DNA from: Pseudomonadota bacterium
GTDB lineage: Bacteria; Pseudomonadota; Alphaproteobacteria; G022571365
Length of the DNA: 64,000 nt
Assembly: GCA_022571365.1 (NCBI GenBank)
Contig: JACZXZ010000008.1
Span: 2,262-66,261, forward strand
Reading direction: 5' to 3'
Shown here: in pieces, positions 44,686-57,777 of the stretch
Numbering within the stretch: the first letter of the stretch is position 1
How the letters are laid out: every line of letters starts with the position of its first letter
Notes under the pieces: model-generated
Seen by the model: the letters and a program-made list of their open reading frames with translations, nothing else
Told to the model about the DNA's origin: nothing
Databases searched by the model: none
Position numbers and translations under genes: made by a program

Positions 44686-45561
44686 ATGGCGGTTCTGATC
44701 ACGCCTGAGACCAAGGTCATATGTCAGGGTTTGACGGGTTCCCAGGGCACCTTCCATTCCGAGCAGGCGATCAAGTACGGCACCAACATGGTCGGCGGGG
44801 TGACGCCGGAAAAGGGTGCCACCAGCCATCTCGATCTCCCCGTTTTCGACACCGTGGCCGAGGCCGTGGCCAAGACGGGGGCCAACGCCTCGGGCGTCTT
44901 CGTACCCCCGGAGTTTGCGGCCGACGCCATCCTCGAAGCCGTGGAGGCGGGTCTGGATCTCGTGGTGTGCATCACCGACGGCATTCCCGTGCGCGACATG
45001 CAGCGGGTCAAGCGCGAAATGCACGGCCGCAAGACCCGGCTTGTCGGCCCCAACTGCTCCGGCGTCATCACCCCCGGGGTGGGCAAGATTGGAATCATGC
45101 CCGGCTATGTCCATTCGCCGGGCAAGATAGGAGTCATCTCGCGCTCGGGAACGCTCAGCTACGAGACCGCTATGCAGACCTCGAACTTGGGTCTCGGCCA
45201 ATCCACCGTCATCGGCATCGGCGGCGACCTCGTGAGCGGCACCAACTTCGTGGACGCCCTGGAGCTTTTCCTCGACGATCCCGATACCGCGGGCATCATC
45301 ATGATCGGTGAGATCGGCGGCACCATCGAGATCGAGGCCGCCGAGTTCGTCAAGTCCTGGAATAGGAAGAAGCCGGTCGCCGCCTTCATCGCGGGCGCGG
45401 CAGCGCCACCGGGACGCCGCCTGGGCCATGCCGGCGCCATCGTCTCCAGCGGCATGGAGACTGCCGAGGCGAAAAAGGAGGCGCTGCGGAGCGCGGGCGT
45501 CCGCGTCGCCGAGTCGATCGTCGAGATCGGGGAGAGCATGCGCGACGCCCTGAAAGGCTGA
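44686..45561 (+). CDS. SucD-like acyl-CoA synthetase alpha subunit, divergent paralog
   Basis: CoA-binding domain and catalytic His loop ([13 protein letters not shown]) retained, but many substitutions against the canonical SucD ([36 protein letters not shown]). Confidence 0.75.
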   Translation: MAVLITPETKVICQGLTGSQGTFHSEQAIKYGTNMVGGVTPEKGATSHLDLPVFDTVAEAVAKTGANASGVFVPPEFAADAILEAVEAGLDLVVCITDGIPVRDMQRVKREMHGRKTRLVGPNCSGVITPGVGKIGIMPGYVHSPGKIGVISRSGTLSYETAMQTSNLGLGQSTVIGIGGDLVSGTNFVDALELFLDDPDTAGIIMIGEIGGTIEIEAAEFVKSWNRKKPVAAFIAGAAAPPGRRLGHAGAIVSSGMETAEAKKEALRSAGVRVAESIVEIGESMRDALKG

Positions 45562-45781
45562 AGGCAAGCGTCCCGGTCGCCGCGTCGTGATCCTTTCACG
45601 GGGAGGCGAGGGGGCGGCAGCCTTCATTCGTTTGAAAGGCCGCTTTGGGGAGCAATTGAGGATAGCCGAAATGCGCGTCAAGGAGCGGCGGGACCGGCGG
45701 TGATCAGGACAGGCGCTCGCTTCGCGGCGGGTCTCGCGGCGGTCGTAGGGATCGGGGTTTGAACGACAGGAAACGGAATCG

Positions 45782-46306
45782 ATGGCCACCAACACGCTGA
45801 TTTCCTTCATCGGCCCCGATCGTCCCGGTTTGATCTCGGAGGTCAGTGGCTTCCTGTTCGAAAAAGGCGGGAATCTCGGCGATGTCACCTTCGCGGTGCT
45901 CGGCGAAGGCGCTGAGCTCACGATGATCTACGAAGTACCGAAGGACCTCACCGTCGAGGGTCTCGAGAAGGAGTTGAAGCAGCTTCCCAGGCTCCAGGAC
46001 GGCGAGGTCAAGGTCACCCTGTTCAGGCTCAAATCGGAACACGGCCCGTCCGGTCGCATCACCCACCGCATCATCCTATCGGGCGGCGATCGGCCCGGTC
46101 TGGTCGCGAAAATCACCAAAGTTCTCGACCAGCACGGCGCCAACATCGTGCGCATGAACGCGGAGAAACTGACCGGCACCGCCGGCGACCAATATATCTG
46201 CCGCTTCGCCGTCTCGATGCGCGAGCGGAGGGCTCCTGCCTGTCTTGCCGCGATCGTCAACATCGCCGGTGAGCTCAAGCTCACCTTCCGTTACGAGACG
46301 GCCTGA
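45782..46306 (+). CDS. Tandem ACT-domain regulatory protein (GcvR-like)
   Basis: 174 aa with two ACT-type folds: ISFIGPDRPGLISEVSGFLFEKGGNL... and IILSGGDRPGLVAKITKVLDQHGANI... It sits between the two sucCD-type operons. Confidence 0.7.
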   Translation: MATNTLISFIGPDRPGLISEVSGFLFEKGGNLGDVTFAVLGEGAELTMIYEVPKDLTVEGLEKELKQLPRLQDGEVKVTLFRLKSEHGPSGRITHRIILSGGDRPGLVAKITKVLDQHGANIVRMNAEKLTGTAGDQYICRFAVSMRERRAPACLAAIVNIAGELKLTFRYETA

Positions 46307-46519
46307 GGACACGGGGGCCTTCCGCCACCCCGGCTTCCCGGCCCACCCCTGGCGCGGGGCGCCAGGGGCCGCGGATACGCGTTCCGCCTCCCTTCATCCC
46401 TTCGTGACGGGAGTTTCCCCCATGTGATATTAACCTGACGACTTTTTTGGGGATTGGGTTGGGGGCGCGAGGCGTCCGATTCGCTGAGCCGGTCCCTATG
46501 ACAGCCGGGACGAGGCCGG

Positions 46520-47689
46520 ATGAACGTTCACGAGTATCAGGCCAAACAGCTTCTCGCCAAGTACGGAGTCACCGTCCCGCGCGGCGGCGTCGCCTATACG
46601 CCGGCGGAGGCCGAGAAAGTGGCGCGCGATCTGGGCGGCCCGGGATGGGTCGTCAAGGCTCAGATTCACGCGGGCGGGCGCGGCAAGGCCGGGGGCATCA
46701 AGGTCGCGGGCAGTCTGGAGGAGGTGCGCGAATGCGCCCGCGGCATGCTCGGCATGACCCTCGTCACCCACCAGACCGGCCCGGCGGGCAAGGAGGTCAA
46801 GCGCGTCTATATCGAGAAGGGCTTGGACATTGAGCGCGAGCTCTATCTCGCCATTGTGGTTGACTGCGCCGCGCGCCGCGTCGCCGTCATGGCCATGAGC
46901 GAGGGCGGCGTGGAGATCGAGGAGGTCGCGGCGGGCAACCCCGAGAAAATCCTTAAAGCGACCATCGATCCCGCCATCGGCTTGGAGCCGTTTTATGCCC
47001 GCAAGCTCGCCTTCGGCCTTGGCCTCGAAGGCGGGCAGGTCAACGCCGCGGTCGGGTTCGTGGGCGCCATGTATGAGGCTTTCGTCGGCCTGGATGCCAG
47101 CCTCATCGAGATCAACCCGCTGGCGGTCACCGGAGCCGGCGAGCTGGTCGCGCTCGACGCCAAGATGAGCTTCGACGACGCCGCGCTCTTCCGCCACAAG
47201 GACATCGAGGAGCTCAGGGACGAGGACGAGGAGGACCGGACCGAGCTCGAGGCGACCCGCCACGACCTCAACTACGTCAAGCTCACCGGCAATATCGGCT
47301 GCATGGTAAACGGCGCCGGCCTGGCTATGGCGACCATGGACATCATCAAGCTCCATGGGGGCGAGCCGGCCAACTTCCTCGACGTTGGCGGCGGCGCCAC
47401 CAAGGAGCGGGTCACCATCGCGTTCAAGCTGATTCTCTCCGATTCCAATGTCGAGGGCATCCTGGTCAATATCTTCGGCGGCATCATGCGCTGCGACGTC
47501 ATCGCCGAGGGCATTGTCGGCGCGGCCCGCGAGGTGGGCTTGAGCAAGCCGCTGGTGGTCCGCCTGGAAGGCACCAATGTCGAGCTGGGCGAGAAAATCC
47601 TTAAAGAGTCCGGCCTGCCGATCACCTCGGCCGGGGATCTGGCGGACGCCGCCGAGAAGGTGGTGAGCGCCGTCCGGGAGGCGGCGTAG
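46520..47689 (+). CDS. sucC: Succinyl-CoA synthetase beta subunit (canonical copy)
   Basis: Canonical motifs [48 protein letters not shown]. Confidence 0.9.
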   Translation: MNVHEYQAKQLLAKYGVTVPRGGVAYTPAEAEKVARDLGGPGWVVKAQIHAGGRGKAGGIKVAGSLEEVRECARGMLGMTLVTHQTGPAGKEVKRVYIEKGLDIERELYLAIVVDCAARRVAVMAMSEGGVEIEEVAAGNPEKILKATIDPAIGLEPFYARKLAFGLGLEGGQVNAAVGFVGAMYEAFVGLDASLIEINPLAVTGAGELVALDAKMSFDDAALFRHKDIEELRDEDEEDRTELEATRHDLNYVKLTGNIGCMVNGAGLAMATMDIIKLHGGEPANFLDVGGGATKERVTIAFKLILSDSNVEGILVNIFGGIMRCDVIAEGIVGAAREVGLSKPLVVRLEGTNVELGEKILKESGLPITSAGDLADAAEKVVSAVREAA

Positions 47690-48565
47690 GTGGCCATTTT
47701 CGTCAGCGCTGAGACGCGGGTGCTCTGCCAGGGCTTCACCGGCGCCCAGGGCACCTTTCACTCCGAACAGACGATCGCCTACGGCACCAAGATGGTCGGC
47801 GGCGTCACCCCTGGCAAAGGCGGCGCCACCCACCTCGGCCTGCCGGTGTTCAACACCATGGCCGAGGCGGTCGCCGTCACCGGCGCGAACGCCACCGCGA
47901 TCTACGTGCCGCCGCCCTCGGCGGCAGACGCCATCTTGGAGGCGATCGACGCTGGGATCGAGCTTGCCGTCTGCATCACCGAGGGCATCCCCGTGCTCGA
48001 CATGGTGCGGGTCCGGCGCGCGCTCCAAGGCTCCGGCACACGGCTCATCGGGCCCAACTGTCCCGGGGTCATCACGCCGGAGGAGTGCAAGATCGGCATC
48101 ATGCCGGGCCATATCCATACCCGCGGCCGGATCGGCATCGTCTCGCGCTCCGGCACGCTCACCTATGAGGCGGTGGCCCAGACCACCGCCGCCGGGCTCG
48201 GCCAGTCGACCTGCGTGGGGATCGGCGGCGACCCGGTGGGCGGCACCGACTTCATCGACTGCCTGGAGGCGTTCCTGGCCGACGACGAGACCGAAGGCAT
48301 CATCATGATCGGCGAGATCGGCGGAAGCGCCGAGGAGGAGGCCGCCGAGTTCATCAAGCGGGCCAAGACCAGGAAGCCGGTGGTCGGTTTTATCGCCGGG
48401 GTGACCGCACCGCCGGGTCGTCGCATGGGCCATGCCGGCGCCATCATCTCGGGCGGCAAGGGCGGCGCCGGGGACAAGATCGAGGCTTTGCGGAGCGCCG
48501 GAGTCGTCGTCACCGAGTCGCCGGCGCGCCTCGGCGGCACCATGTTAGAAGTATTGAAGGACTGA
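47690..48565 (+). CDS. sucD: Succinyl-CoA synthetase alpha subunit (canonical copy)
   Basis: Canonical [66 protein letters not shown]. Confidence 0.9.
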   Translation: MAIFVSAETRVLCQGFTGAQGTFHSEQTIAYGTKMVGGVTPGKGGATHLGLPVFNTMAEAVAVTGANATAIYVPPPSAADAILEAIDAGIELAVCITEGIPVLDMVRVRRALQGSGTRLIGPNCPGVITPEECKIGIMPGHIHTRGRIGIVSRSGTLTYEAVAQTTAAGLGQSTCVGIGGDPVGGTDFIDCLEAFLADDETEGIIMIGEIGGSAEEEAAEFIKRAKTRKPVVGFIAGVTAPPGRRMGHAGAIISGGKGGAGDKIEALRSAGVVVTESPARLGGTMLEVLKD

Positions 48566-48669
48566 GCCAGAGTTACTATCAATAGAGTACTGTCAATAAA
48601 GAACGGGCGCGGCCCTAAACCGCGCCGGAGGAAAGAACGGGCGCGGCCCTAAACCGCGCCGGAGGAGTC

Positions 48670-51546
<2,877 letters not shown>

Positions 51547-51624
51547 GCAGGGAACGCGCGCGGCATCGACTCGTCTCGCGCCGCGGCCGGTCTCCGACGG
51601 ACCCGGAGACGCCGCGCAAATGAG

Positions 51625-52962
51625 ATGGTCATGACGGCTGAGATCACGGTGCCCGCCCTCGGCGAGTCGATCACGGAGGCGACGGTGGGCCGATGGCTCA
51701 AGTCGGTCGGCGACGCCGTCGATGTCGACGAGCCGGTGGTCGAGCTCGAAACCGACAAGGTGACCGTGGAGGTCAATGCGCCGCTGGCCGGCACGCTCGG
51801 CGAAATCCTTGTGGGAGAGGGCGCCAATGTCGAGATCGGGGCCGTGCTCGGCGTTATCGCCGGCGGCGGCGCGGCCGCGGCCAAGGAAAAGCGGCGCAAG
51901 CCTGCGGCGCCCGGGCCGGAGGCGATGGCCGTGCAGGCCGCCCGGCCCTCCGCGCCGGAAGCCGCCCGGCCCTCCGCGCCGGAAGCTCCCCGGCCCCCCG
52001 CGCCGCAAGCCGCCCGGCCTGCGGTGTCCAGGTCTGAGGCGCCGCTGTCGTCGGCGGTCAGGAAGCTGGTCGAGGAAAACCGGCTGGACCCGGTCGCCAT
52101 TCCCGCCACCGGCAAGGGCGGGCGGCTCACCAAGGGCGACGTGCTTTCCTTTCTCGAGCGTAGCGGCGCCCGGATTCAAGCCGTTCCGCCCGAGCCCGAG
52201 CCCGCCCTCGAGCTCCCGGCGCCCGAGCCCGCCCTCGAGCCCCCGGCGCCCGAGCCCGCCGTCCGGAGGGAGGAGCGGGTGCGCATGACGCGCTTGCGAA
52301 AACGCATCGCCGAGCGGCTCAAGGAAGCCCAGAACACGGCGGTCATGCTCACCACCTTCAACGAGGTGGACATGAGCAAGGTGATGGCGGTCCGCGCCCG
52401 GTGTCGGGAGGAGTTTGAGAAGAAGCACGGGGTCCGGCTCGGCTTCATGTCGTTTTTCCTCAAGGCGTCGATCGTCGCGCTCAAGGAAATCCCGGCGGTC
52501 AACGCCCAGATCGACGGCGACGACATCGTGTTCAAGAACTATTACGACATCGGCGTCGCCGTGGGCACGCCCCATGGTTTGGTGGTGCCGGTGGTGCGGG
52601 ACGCCGACAGGCTCAGCTTCGCCGAGATCGAGGTCAAGATCACCGAGCTCGGCCGCAAGGCGCGCGACGGCAAGCTTTCCATGGAGGATCTCACCGGCGG
52701 CACTTTCACCATCTCCAACGGCGGCGTCTATGGCTCGCTCCTGTCGACGCCGATTCTGAATCCGCCGCAATCGGGCATCCTGGGCATGCACAAGATTCAG
52801 CCGCGCCCGGCGGCGGTCGACGACAAGATCGAGATCCGGCCGATGATGTACCTGGCGCTCAGCTACGATCACCGCATCGTCGACGGGCGCGAGGCGGTGA
52901 CGTTCTTGGTGCGGCTCAAGGCGTGCATCGAAGACCCGGAGCGCATCCTCCTGGACATGTAG
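51625..52962 (+). CDS. sucB: Dihydrolipoamide succinyltransferase E2 component
   Basis: Lipoyl domain (ETDKVTVEV), Pro/Ala-rich linkers with PSAPEA repeats, and the catalytic domain ending [11 protein letters not shown]. Confidence 0.9.
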   Translation: MVMTAEITVPALGESITEATVGRWLKSVGDAVDVDEPVVELETDKVTVEVNAPLAGTLGEILVGEGANVEIGAVLGVIAGGGAAAAKEKRRKPAAPGPEAMAVQAARPSAPEAARPSAPEAPRPPAPQAARPAVSRSEAPLSSAVRKLVEENRLDPVAIPATGKGGRLTKGDVLSFLERSGARIQAVPPEPEPALELPAPEPALEPPAPEPAVRREERVRMTRLRKRIAERLKEAQNTAVMLTTFNEVDMSKVMAVRARCREEFEKKHGVRLGFMSFFLKASIVALKEIPAVNAQIDGDDIVFKNYYDIGVAVGTPHGLVVPVVRDADRLSFAEIEVKITELGRKARDGKLSMEDLTGGTFTISNGGVYGSLLSTPILNPPQSGILGMHKIQPRPAAVDDKIEIRPMMYLALSYDHRIVDGREAVTFLVRLKACIEDPERILLDM

Positions 52963-53165
52963 CTGTGCTCGGCCGCTCCAGGCCCGAGCCACGGGCCGGC
53001 GCGGCTTGAGAGCCTATTTGAGGGATCCGGCCCGGTCGCGCGCCCGCACCGGGAGGCGCCCGCCCGCTGTTCTTAAAACCAACCTGTAAGATGGTGGCGG
53101 CCGTCCCGTCCCTATGACAGGGGGGAAGACCCGACGACTACCCAGAGCCAGAGCCCTTTGTCTTT

Positions 53166-53194
53166 GATTCTATTCTTGGCACGGCCTCCGCCTC
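53166..53194. repeat. Downstream copy of the 29-bp direct repeat flanking the AT-rich Hint-domain cassette (partner at 53713-53741)
   Basis: gattctattcttggcacggcctccgcctc versus gattctattcttggcacggcgtccggctc (27/29 identical). On the minus strand both encode AVPRIES. Confidence 0.8.
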
Positions 53195-53248
53195 GCTGGA
53201 CTTCGTCGCCCCGGGCGAGCCGCTGTTTTCAACCTCCTCCGCCCTTAA

Positions 53249-53290
53249 TTATGCACCAAAAACACTTCCTTCTCATCCTTATCAGAAGAT
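53249..53290 (-). repeat. Truncated duplicate of the last 13 codons plus stop of the Hint-domain gene (SDKDEKEVFLVHN*)
   Basis: Minus-strand tctgataaggatgagaaggaagtgtttttggtgcataattaa duplicates 53296-53337, which encodes SDEDEKEVFLVHN then KIQ*. Confidence 0.8.
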
Positions 53291-53291
53291 C

Positions 53292-54500
53292 TTATTGTAT
53301 CTTATTGTGCACCAAAAACACTTCCTTCTCATCCTCATCAGAAACAAAATAATTATGTGTTCCGTTGACTGTTAGGTTGAAGACTTGTACTGCTTTCTCT
53401 ACTTTCTTTATACTTTTGATTTTGATGTGTGAGTTTCCAAGTACTTTGTCTCCAACTTTTAGCTCCGCTGCTTCTTTCCAAACATCATTACCAACAGCAA
53501 ATGGATGCGTACCAGTAACTTTAAGATTATCGTTAAGCAGCAAATATGAAGCTACTTCTATAGTAAATAATCTTGTTACTTTGCTGTTAACTTTTTTATT
53601 TGTATTAAAATCAAAGCTTTGTACTTCTTCTCCTTCTTCAATTTCTGCAATAGGCTTGAAGGTGTTGTCTGCCATTAAGACTTTGGTGTCAGCAGTAAAG
53701 CAACCTGGTGCCGATTCTATTCTTGGCACGGCGTCCGGCTCCTCCACCACCGGAGGCTCCTTGATGAGATCCGTGATCGGCGGGAAGAACGCACCAGTCA
53801 CGCCAGACTCATCATAGAATTTCCCCCAAGTACGCTGTTCCCACAGCGTAGTCGGGAGGGGAATGGTTGTTGGATAGAGCCCTTCATAAATCTCCCGCGC
53901 GATGTCGGGCGGCGCCGACGCCGCCGGCGTCGGCGCCGCGTCGGGCGCGGCCACGGTGGAGGCAAGCCCCGGGGTGTCGATGTTCACCGTCACGCCCTCG
54001 AGGTTGGAGATTGCGAGCGCGCCCGCGCGCAGGATCACGGTCGTCGCCCCGTCCGGCGCCACGAACAAGTCGAAGATCGTGCCGCGGACGCCGATGATGG
54101 CGACCGGCGTCCTGATCTCGTAGGACGCCGACGCCAGCGAGCCCGAGACGAACCGGAAGACGCCGACGGTCGCCGACATCACGACCTTGCTCACATTGGG
54201 ATCGGGATCGAACACGAAGGTATCGAGGACCAGCCGCGATTCCGGGCCGATCGACATCGTCGTCTCGTCCAGGAACAGGAGCTGGGTCGAGCTCTCCACT
54301 TCGGTCTCGATGGCTTCGTTGTGGAACAGCCGGTCGCCGATCACCAGCGTTCTCTCCTGCTCGGCCAGCGTGCCATGGACCAGGTTCACCACGGCCGCGG
54401 TGACGCCGATGCTCTCCTGCGCGGCGGCGCTCGCCGTCCAACCCGCGAGTATGAGGCCCGCGGCAAGCGCATATCGGACGGTCATGATCAGAACTCCCAT
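53292..54500 (-). CDS. Secreted FecR-like domain protein with a C-terminal Hint / bacterial-intein-like (BIL) domain
   Basis: Signal peptide (MTVRYALAAGLILAGWTASAAAQE), a FecR-type beta region (VAIIGVRGTIFDLF), a Pro/Ala/Thr linker, then a 133-aa Hint domain. The Hint domain begins at Cys (CFTADTKVLMADN), has block B TGTHPF (TxxH) and ends VFLVHN, then KIQ-stop. Its coding segment (~53249-53700) is AT-rich and Lys/Asn/Ile-rich, unlike the rest of the gene. Confidence 0.8.
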   Translation of the reverse strand: MGVLIMTVRYALAAGLILAGWTASAAAQESIGVTAAVVNLVHGTLAEQERTLVIGDRLFHNEAIETEVESSTQLLFLDETTMSIGPESRLVLDTFVFDPDPNVSKVVMSATVGVFRFVSGSLASASYEIRTPVAIIGVRGTIFDLFVAPDGATTVILRAGALAISNLEGVTVNIDTPGLASTVAAPDAAPTPAASAPPDIAREIYEGLYPTTIPLPTTLWEQRTWGKFYDESGVTGAFFPPITDLIKEPPVVEEPDAVPRIESAPGCFTADTKVLMADNTFKPIAEIEEGEEVQSFDFNTNKKVNSKVTRLFTIEVASYLLLNDNLKVTGTHPFAVGNDVWKEAAELKVGDKVLGNSHIKIKSIKKVEKAVQVFNLTVNGTHNYFVSDEDEKEVFLVHNKIQ

Positions 54501-55604
54501 GCGACGCTCACCCCGAAGGAGTGGTTCTTATATCTCTTTTGGGGATCGTTTGAGTAGTTGTTCTCGAAGAAATAGCGCAAGACCAGGGTCACCTCCGGCC
54601 GCAGAAACTCCGAAACCACGACTTTGGCGCCCGGGGCGTACCGCCTGTCCTCTCGGTCCTCCACCTCATCCGGGTCGTGACCTATGTAGTCCCGGTACCA
54701 TAGAACTAACTCGGGACCAGCCAGGACATTGTCGTAAACCGGGTAAAGGTACTCGGCCTGGGCGCTGATCTGGTGATAGCGATTGCGATACTTACCGGTA
54801 TCCCCACCACCCCTGGCGCCATTGAAGATGTAACGGGGCATTGTTATGGACAGCACATCTTGGGTGGCGGCGGCGGCCAGGTTGGTCCATTGGAACCTCG
54901 GGGCCACCTCGAATACCACCGCGTCGCGTCCGGTTCTCTCGGTGTTGTAGTCCTCGAGGGCAAGCCGGAGGTCGAGCGTCCGGAGAATGCCGGGGCCGAG
55001 CTTCTCGAAGTTGACGACGACGCCGGCCGAATAGAACAGGAACTCGCGGTCAAGCGCCGCGTAGGTCAGGGCGACAGCGGGGCGGACCTGCCACCGATCG
55101 GGCAGCAGGAGAAGCGGTCCCGATTGCGCGCTGACCAGGTACAGATCGGCCGCCTGGAAAGCTACATGGGCGTCCCCGTACAGCTGCGCGGTGGTCCGGA
55201 TCCGCCGGTCGCCGAGCACGCGCTCGTCCCGCACGATTATCGCCGCCGACCCGGAGTGATCGCCAAAGGTGCCGACTTCCTCCTCGCGGTGCGGCGCGTT
55301 GGTATCGTACCGGTAGCCGAGGATGGCCACATACGCCGTCCGGCTGGGCTCCAACAGCCTGCGAATGCGCGCCGCCTCGGCCAAGGCCGTCGCGTTCTCC
55401 GGGTCCTGCAGCAAAAGCCGCTCGTAGGTGGCGAGCGCCTTCTCCAGCTCGCCGCGCTCCTCGGCAAGCCGGGCGTAAAGCAGATTGAGCTCCACGTCGC
55501 TCGGGTTTTGCAGGAGCCGCTGGAAGACGGATTCGATGTCCTCTGCGCCCTGGGCCGAGCCGATCAGCAAGCCAAATGCCAGAAAGACGGCGGCTGCGCG
55601 CATC
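54488..55604 (-). CDS. TPR-containing beta-barrel outer membrane protein (DUF560/Slam-like architecture), operonic with the FecR-Hint gene
   Basis: Signal peptide MRAAAVFLAFGLLIGSAQG, ~70 aa of TPR-like helices (LYARLAEERGELEKALATYERLLLQDPENATALAEAA), then ~280 aa of alternating amphipathic strands ending in the OMP signature ...FGVSVAWEF. The stop overlaps the downstream gene start. Confidence 0.6.
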
Positions 55605-55854
55605 AAAATCAAAGGCCTTCCCCCCTGTTGACTGTTTGACTGTCGCGCTCGCCCGGAGGCGCGAGCCTGTCCGACCTTTGCCCGCGGACGCACGAAACCC
55701 AGACGATATCGTCTGGGATGGGTCCGGCGCAAGAAAATCATTCCGCAAGAAAATTTATGGCGCGTAAACGATTGACGGCGCGTAAGCCCAAGGTCAAGGG
55801 CTACCGGCGCCATTAATCGGAATTAATACAATTAATACAATAACATAATACAAA

Positions 55855-57777
55855 TTAGGAAGCCTGTAGGGCGTGTGGATCGCGCCGCTCAGCCGCCCGG
55901 CGGCGGGTGCGGCGGCGGATGCGGCGGCGGGGTGGCAAACGCGGCTCTTGGTCGAACAGCTCGGCAAGCTTCTCCATCAGGGTGCCGCCGAGCTGGTCGG
56001 CGTCGACGATGGTCACCGCCCGTTGATAATAGCGGGTGACATCGTGGCCGATGCCGATGGCGACGAGCTCGATTGGCGAGTACGTCTCGATCCACGCGAT
56101 GACCTCGCGCAGATGGCGCTCCAGGTAGTTGCCGGGATTGACTGACAGGGTCGAGTCGTCGACCGGCGCGCCGTCCGAGATCACCATGAGGATGCGCCGC
56201 TCCTCGGGCCGTTCCAACAGGCGCTGGTGCGCCCACAGGAGCGCTTCGCCGTCGATGTTCTCCTTGAGGATTCCATCGCGCAGCATGAGACCCATGCGCT
56301 TGCGCGCGCGCCGCCACGGCGCGTCGGCGGCCTTGTAGACGATATGACGCAGGTCGTTGAGGCGTCCTGGATTCGGTGGCTTGCCCGCGGCCAGCCAGCG
56401 CTCGCGCGACTGGCCACCCTTCCAGGTGCGGGTGGTGAAGCCCAGAATCTCCACCTTGACGCCGCAGCGCTCCAGCGTGCGGGCGAGGATGTCGGCGCTC
56501 ATCGCCGCCACCGTGATCGGCCGGCCGCGCATCGAGCCGGAGTTGTCGATCAACAGCGTAACCACCGTGTCGCGGAACTCGATTTCCTTTTCGCGCTTGT
56601 AGGACAGCGGATAGACCGGGTTGACCACGACCCGGGCGAGCCGGCCGCTGTCTAGCAGCCCCTCCTCCAGATTGAACTCCCAGGCCCGCGACTGTTTGGC
56701 CAACAGACGCCGCTGCAGGCGGTTGGCGAGCCGGCCGATCACGCCCTGCAGGTGGGCGAGCTGCTGGTCGAGCTGGTGGCGCAGGCGGGACAGCTCCTGG
56801 GGGTCGCACAGTTCGTCGGCGTCGATGATCTCGTCGAACTCGGTGGTGAAAGCGTGATGGAACAGCTGGTTGGGCTCTGCCCCAAGGCTGGCCTCGGGTC
56901 TCAAGGGGCGGCCCGGCTGGGTCAGGGTGTCGTCGGCCGCGTCGGGCGCCAGCTGGGTCTCCAAATCCTCGCCGTCGCCGCCGTCCTCGCCGGTCGCCTC
57001 CAACGCCTCGGCGGTCGGCATGGCCTCGGCGTCCTCGTCCTCGCCGTCGCCGTCTTCGTCGAGGTCTTCGCCACCCGTTTGGCCCTCGCCGGGGCTTTCC
57101 ACATCATCCCGGTCGGTCTTCGCCGAGTCCTCGTCGCCGAGCTCGAGATCGTGGATCAACCGCCGCACCGCCCGGGCATAGGCGTCCTGGTCGTCGATGT
57201 GTTTTTTCAGGTCGGCTAGGTCCTTGCCGGCGCGGGATTCGAGAATCGGGCGCCAGAGATTCACCATCCGACGCGCGCTCTCGGGCGGCGATATGCCGAC
57301 GAGGCATTCGCGGGTCAGGAGGCCGATCACCTCGGCCAGCGGCGCGTCCTCGCGCTCCGTGATTTGGGCGTAGTCCCGGTTGCGGCAGCGCTCGTCGACC
57401 GCGGCCGCGAGATTCAAGGCGACGCCGGCCATGCGCCGGGCGCCCAGAGCCTCGCACCGGACCTGTTCGACCGCATGGAAGATCGCCCGGGCCGTGGCGC
57501 CAGCCGGCAGGCCTTTGGTGTGCAGCTCGGCGTCGTGATGGCGCAGCTTAAGCGCCATGGAATCGGCTTCCCCGCGGAGCTGGGAGACCTCGCCCACAGT
57601 CGGATCCCTGGACGGCGGCGGCAGGCGCGCCTCGGTGCCGACGAGCCCCGCTGGATCGGGCGTGAACGCGACGGTCACGTCGTCGCGCCCGGCGATCGCC
57701 CGCATCGCCGCTGCGGTAACGCGCCGGAAGCGCTCGACCGGGCTCTCGGCCTCGGCCGCGATCTGTCCGTTAAACAA
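55855..57777 (-). CDS. cobT: Cobaltochelatase CobT subunit-like protein (vWA domain)
   Basis: ~640 aa with an acidic central region and a C-terminal vWA/MIDAS motif ([11 protein letters not shown]...[10 protein letters not shown]), typical of aerobic CobT. Confidence 0.8.
   Translation of the reverse strand: MFNGQIAAEAESPVERFRRVTAAAMRAIAGRDDVTVAFTPDPAGLVGTEARLPPPSRDPTVGEVSQLRGEADSMALKLRHHDAELHTKGLPAGATARAIFHAVEQVRCEALGARRMAGVALNLAAAVDERCRNRDYAQITEREDAPLAEVIGLLTRECLVGISPPESARRMVNLWRPILESRAGKDLADLKKHIDDQDAYARAVRRLIHDLELGDEDSAKTDRDDVESPGEGQTGGEDLDEDGDGEDEDAEAMPTAEALEATGEDGGDGEDLETQLAPDAADDTLTQPGRPLRPEASLGAEPNQLFHHAFTTEFDEIIDADELCDPQELSRLRHQLDQQLAHLQGVIGRLANRLQRRLLAKQSRAWEFNLEEGLLDSGRLARVVVNPVYPLSYKREKEIEFRDTVVTLLIDNSGSMRGRPITVAAMSADILARTLERCGVKVEILGFTTRTWKGGQSRERWLAAGKPPNPGRLNDLRHIVYKAADAPWRRARKRMGLMLRDGILKENIDGEALLWAHQRLLERPEERRILMVISDGAPVDDSTLSVNPGNYLERHLREVIAWIETYSPIELVAIGIGHDVTRYYQRAVTIVDADQLGGTLMEKLAELFDQEPRLPPRRRIRRRTRRRAAERRDPHALQAS

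Noticed and set aside
53292-53702. A true splicing intein inserted in a host protein
   Set aside because: The domain is followed by Lys (no Cys/Ser/Thr +1 nucleophile) and the protein ends 3 residues later, so there is no C-extein to ligate. It is more consistent with a BIL/Hint autoprocessing domain.
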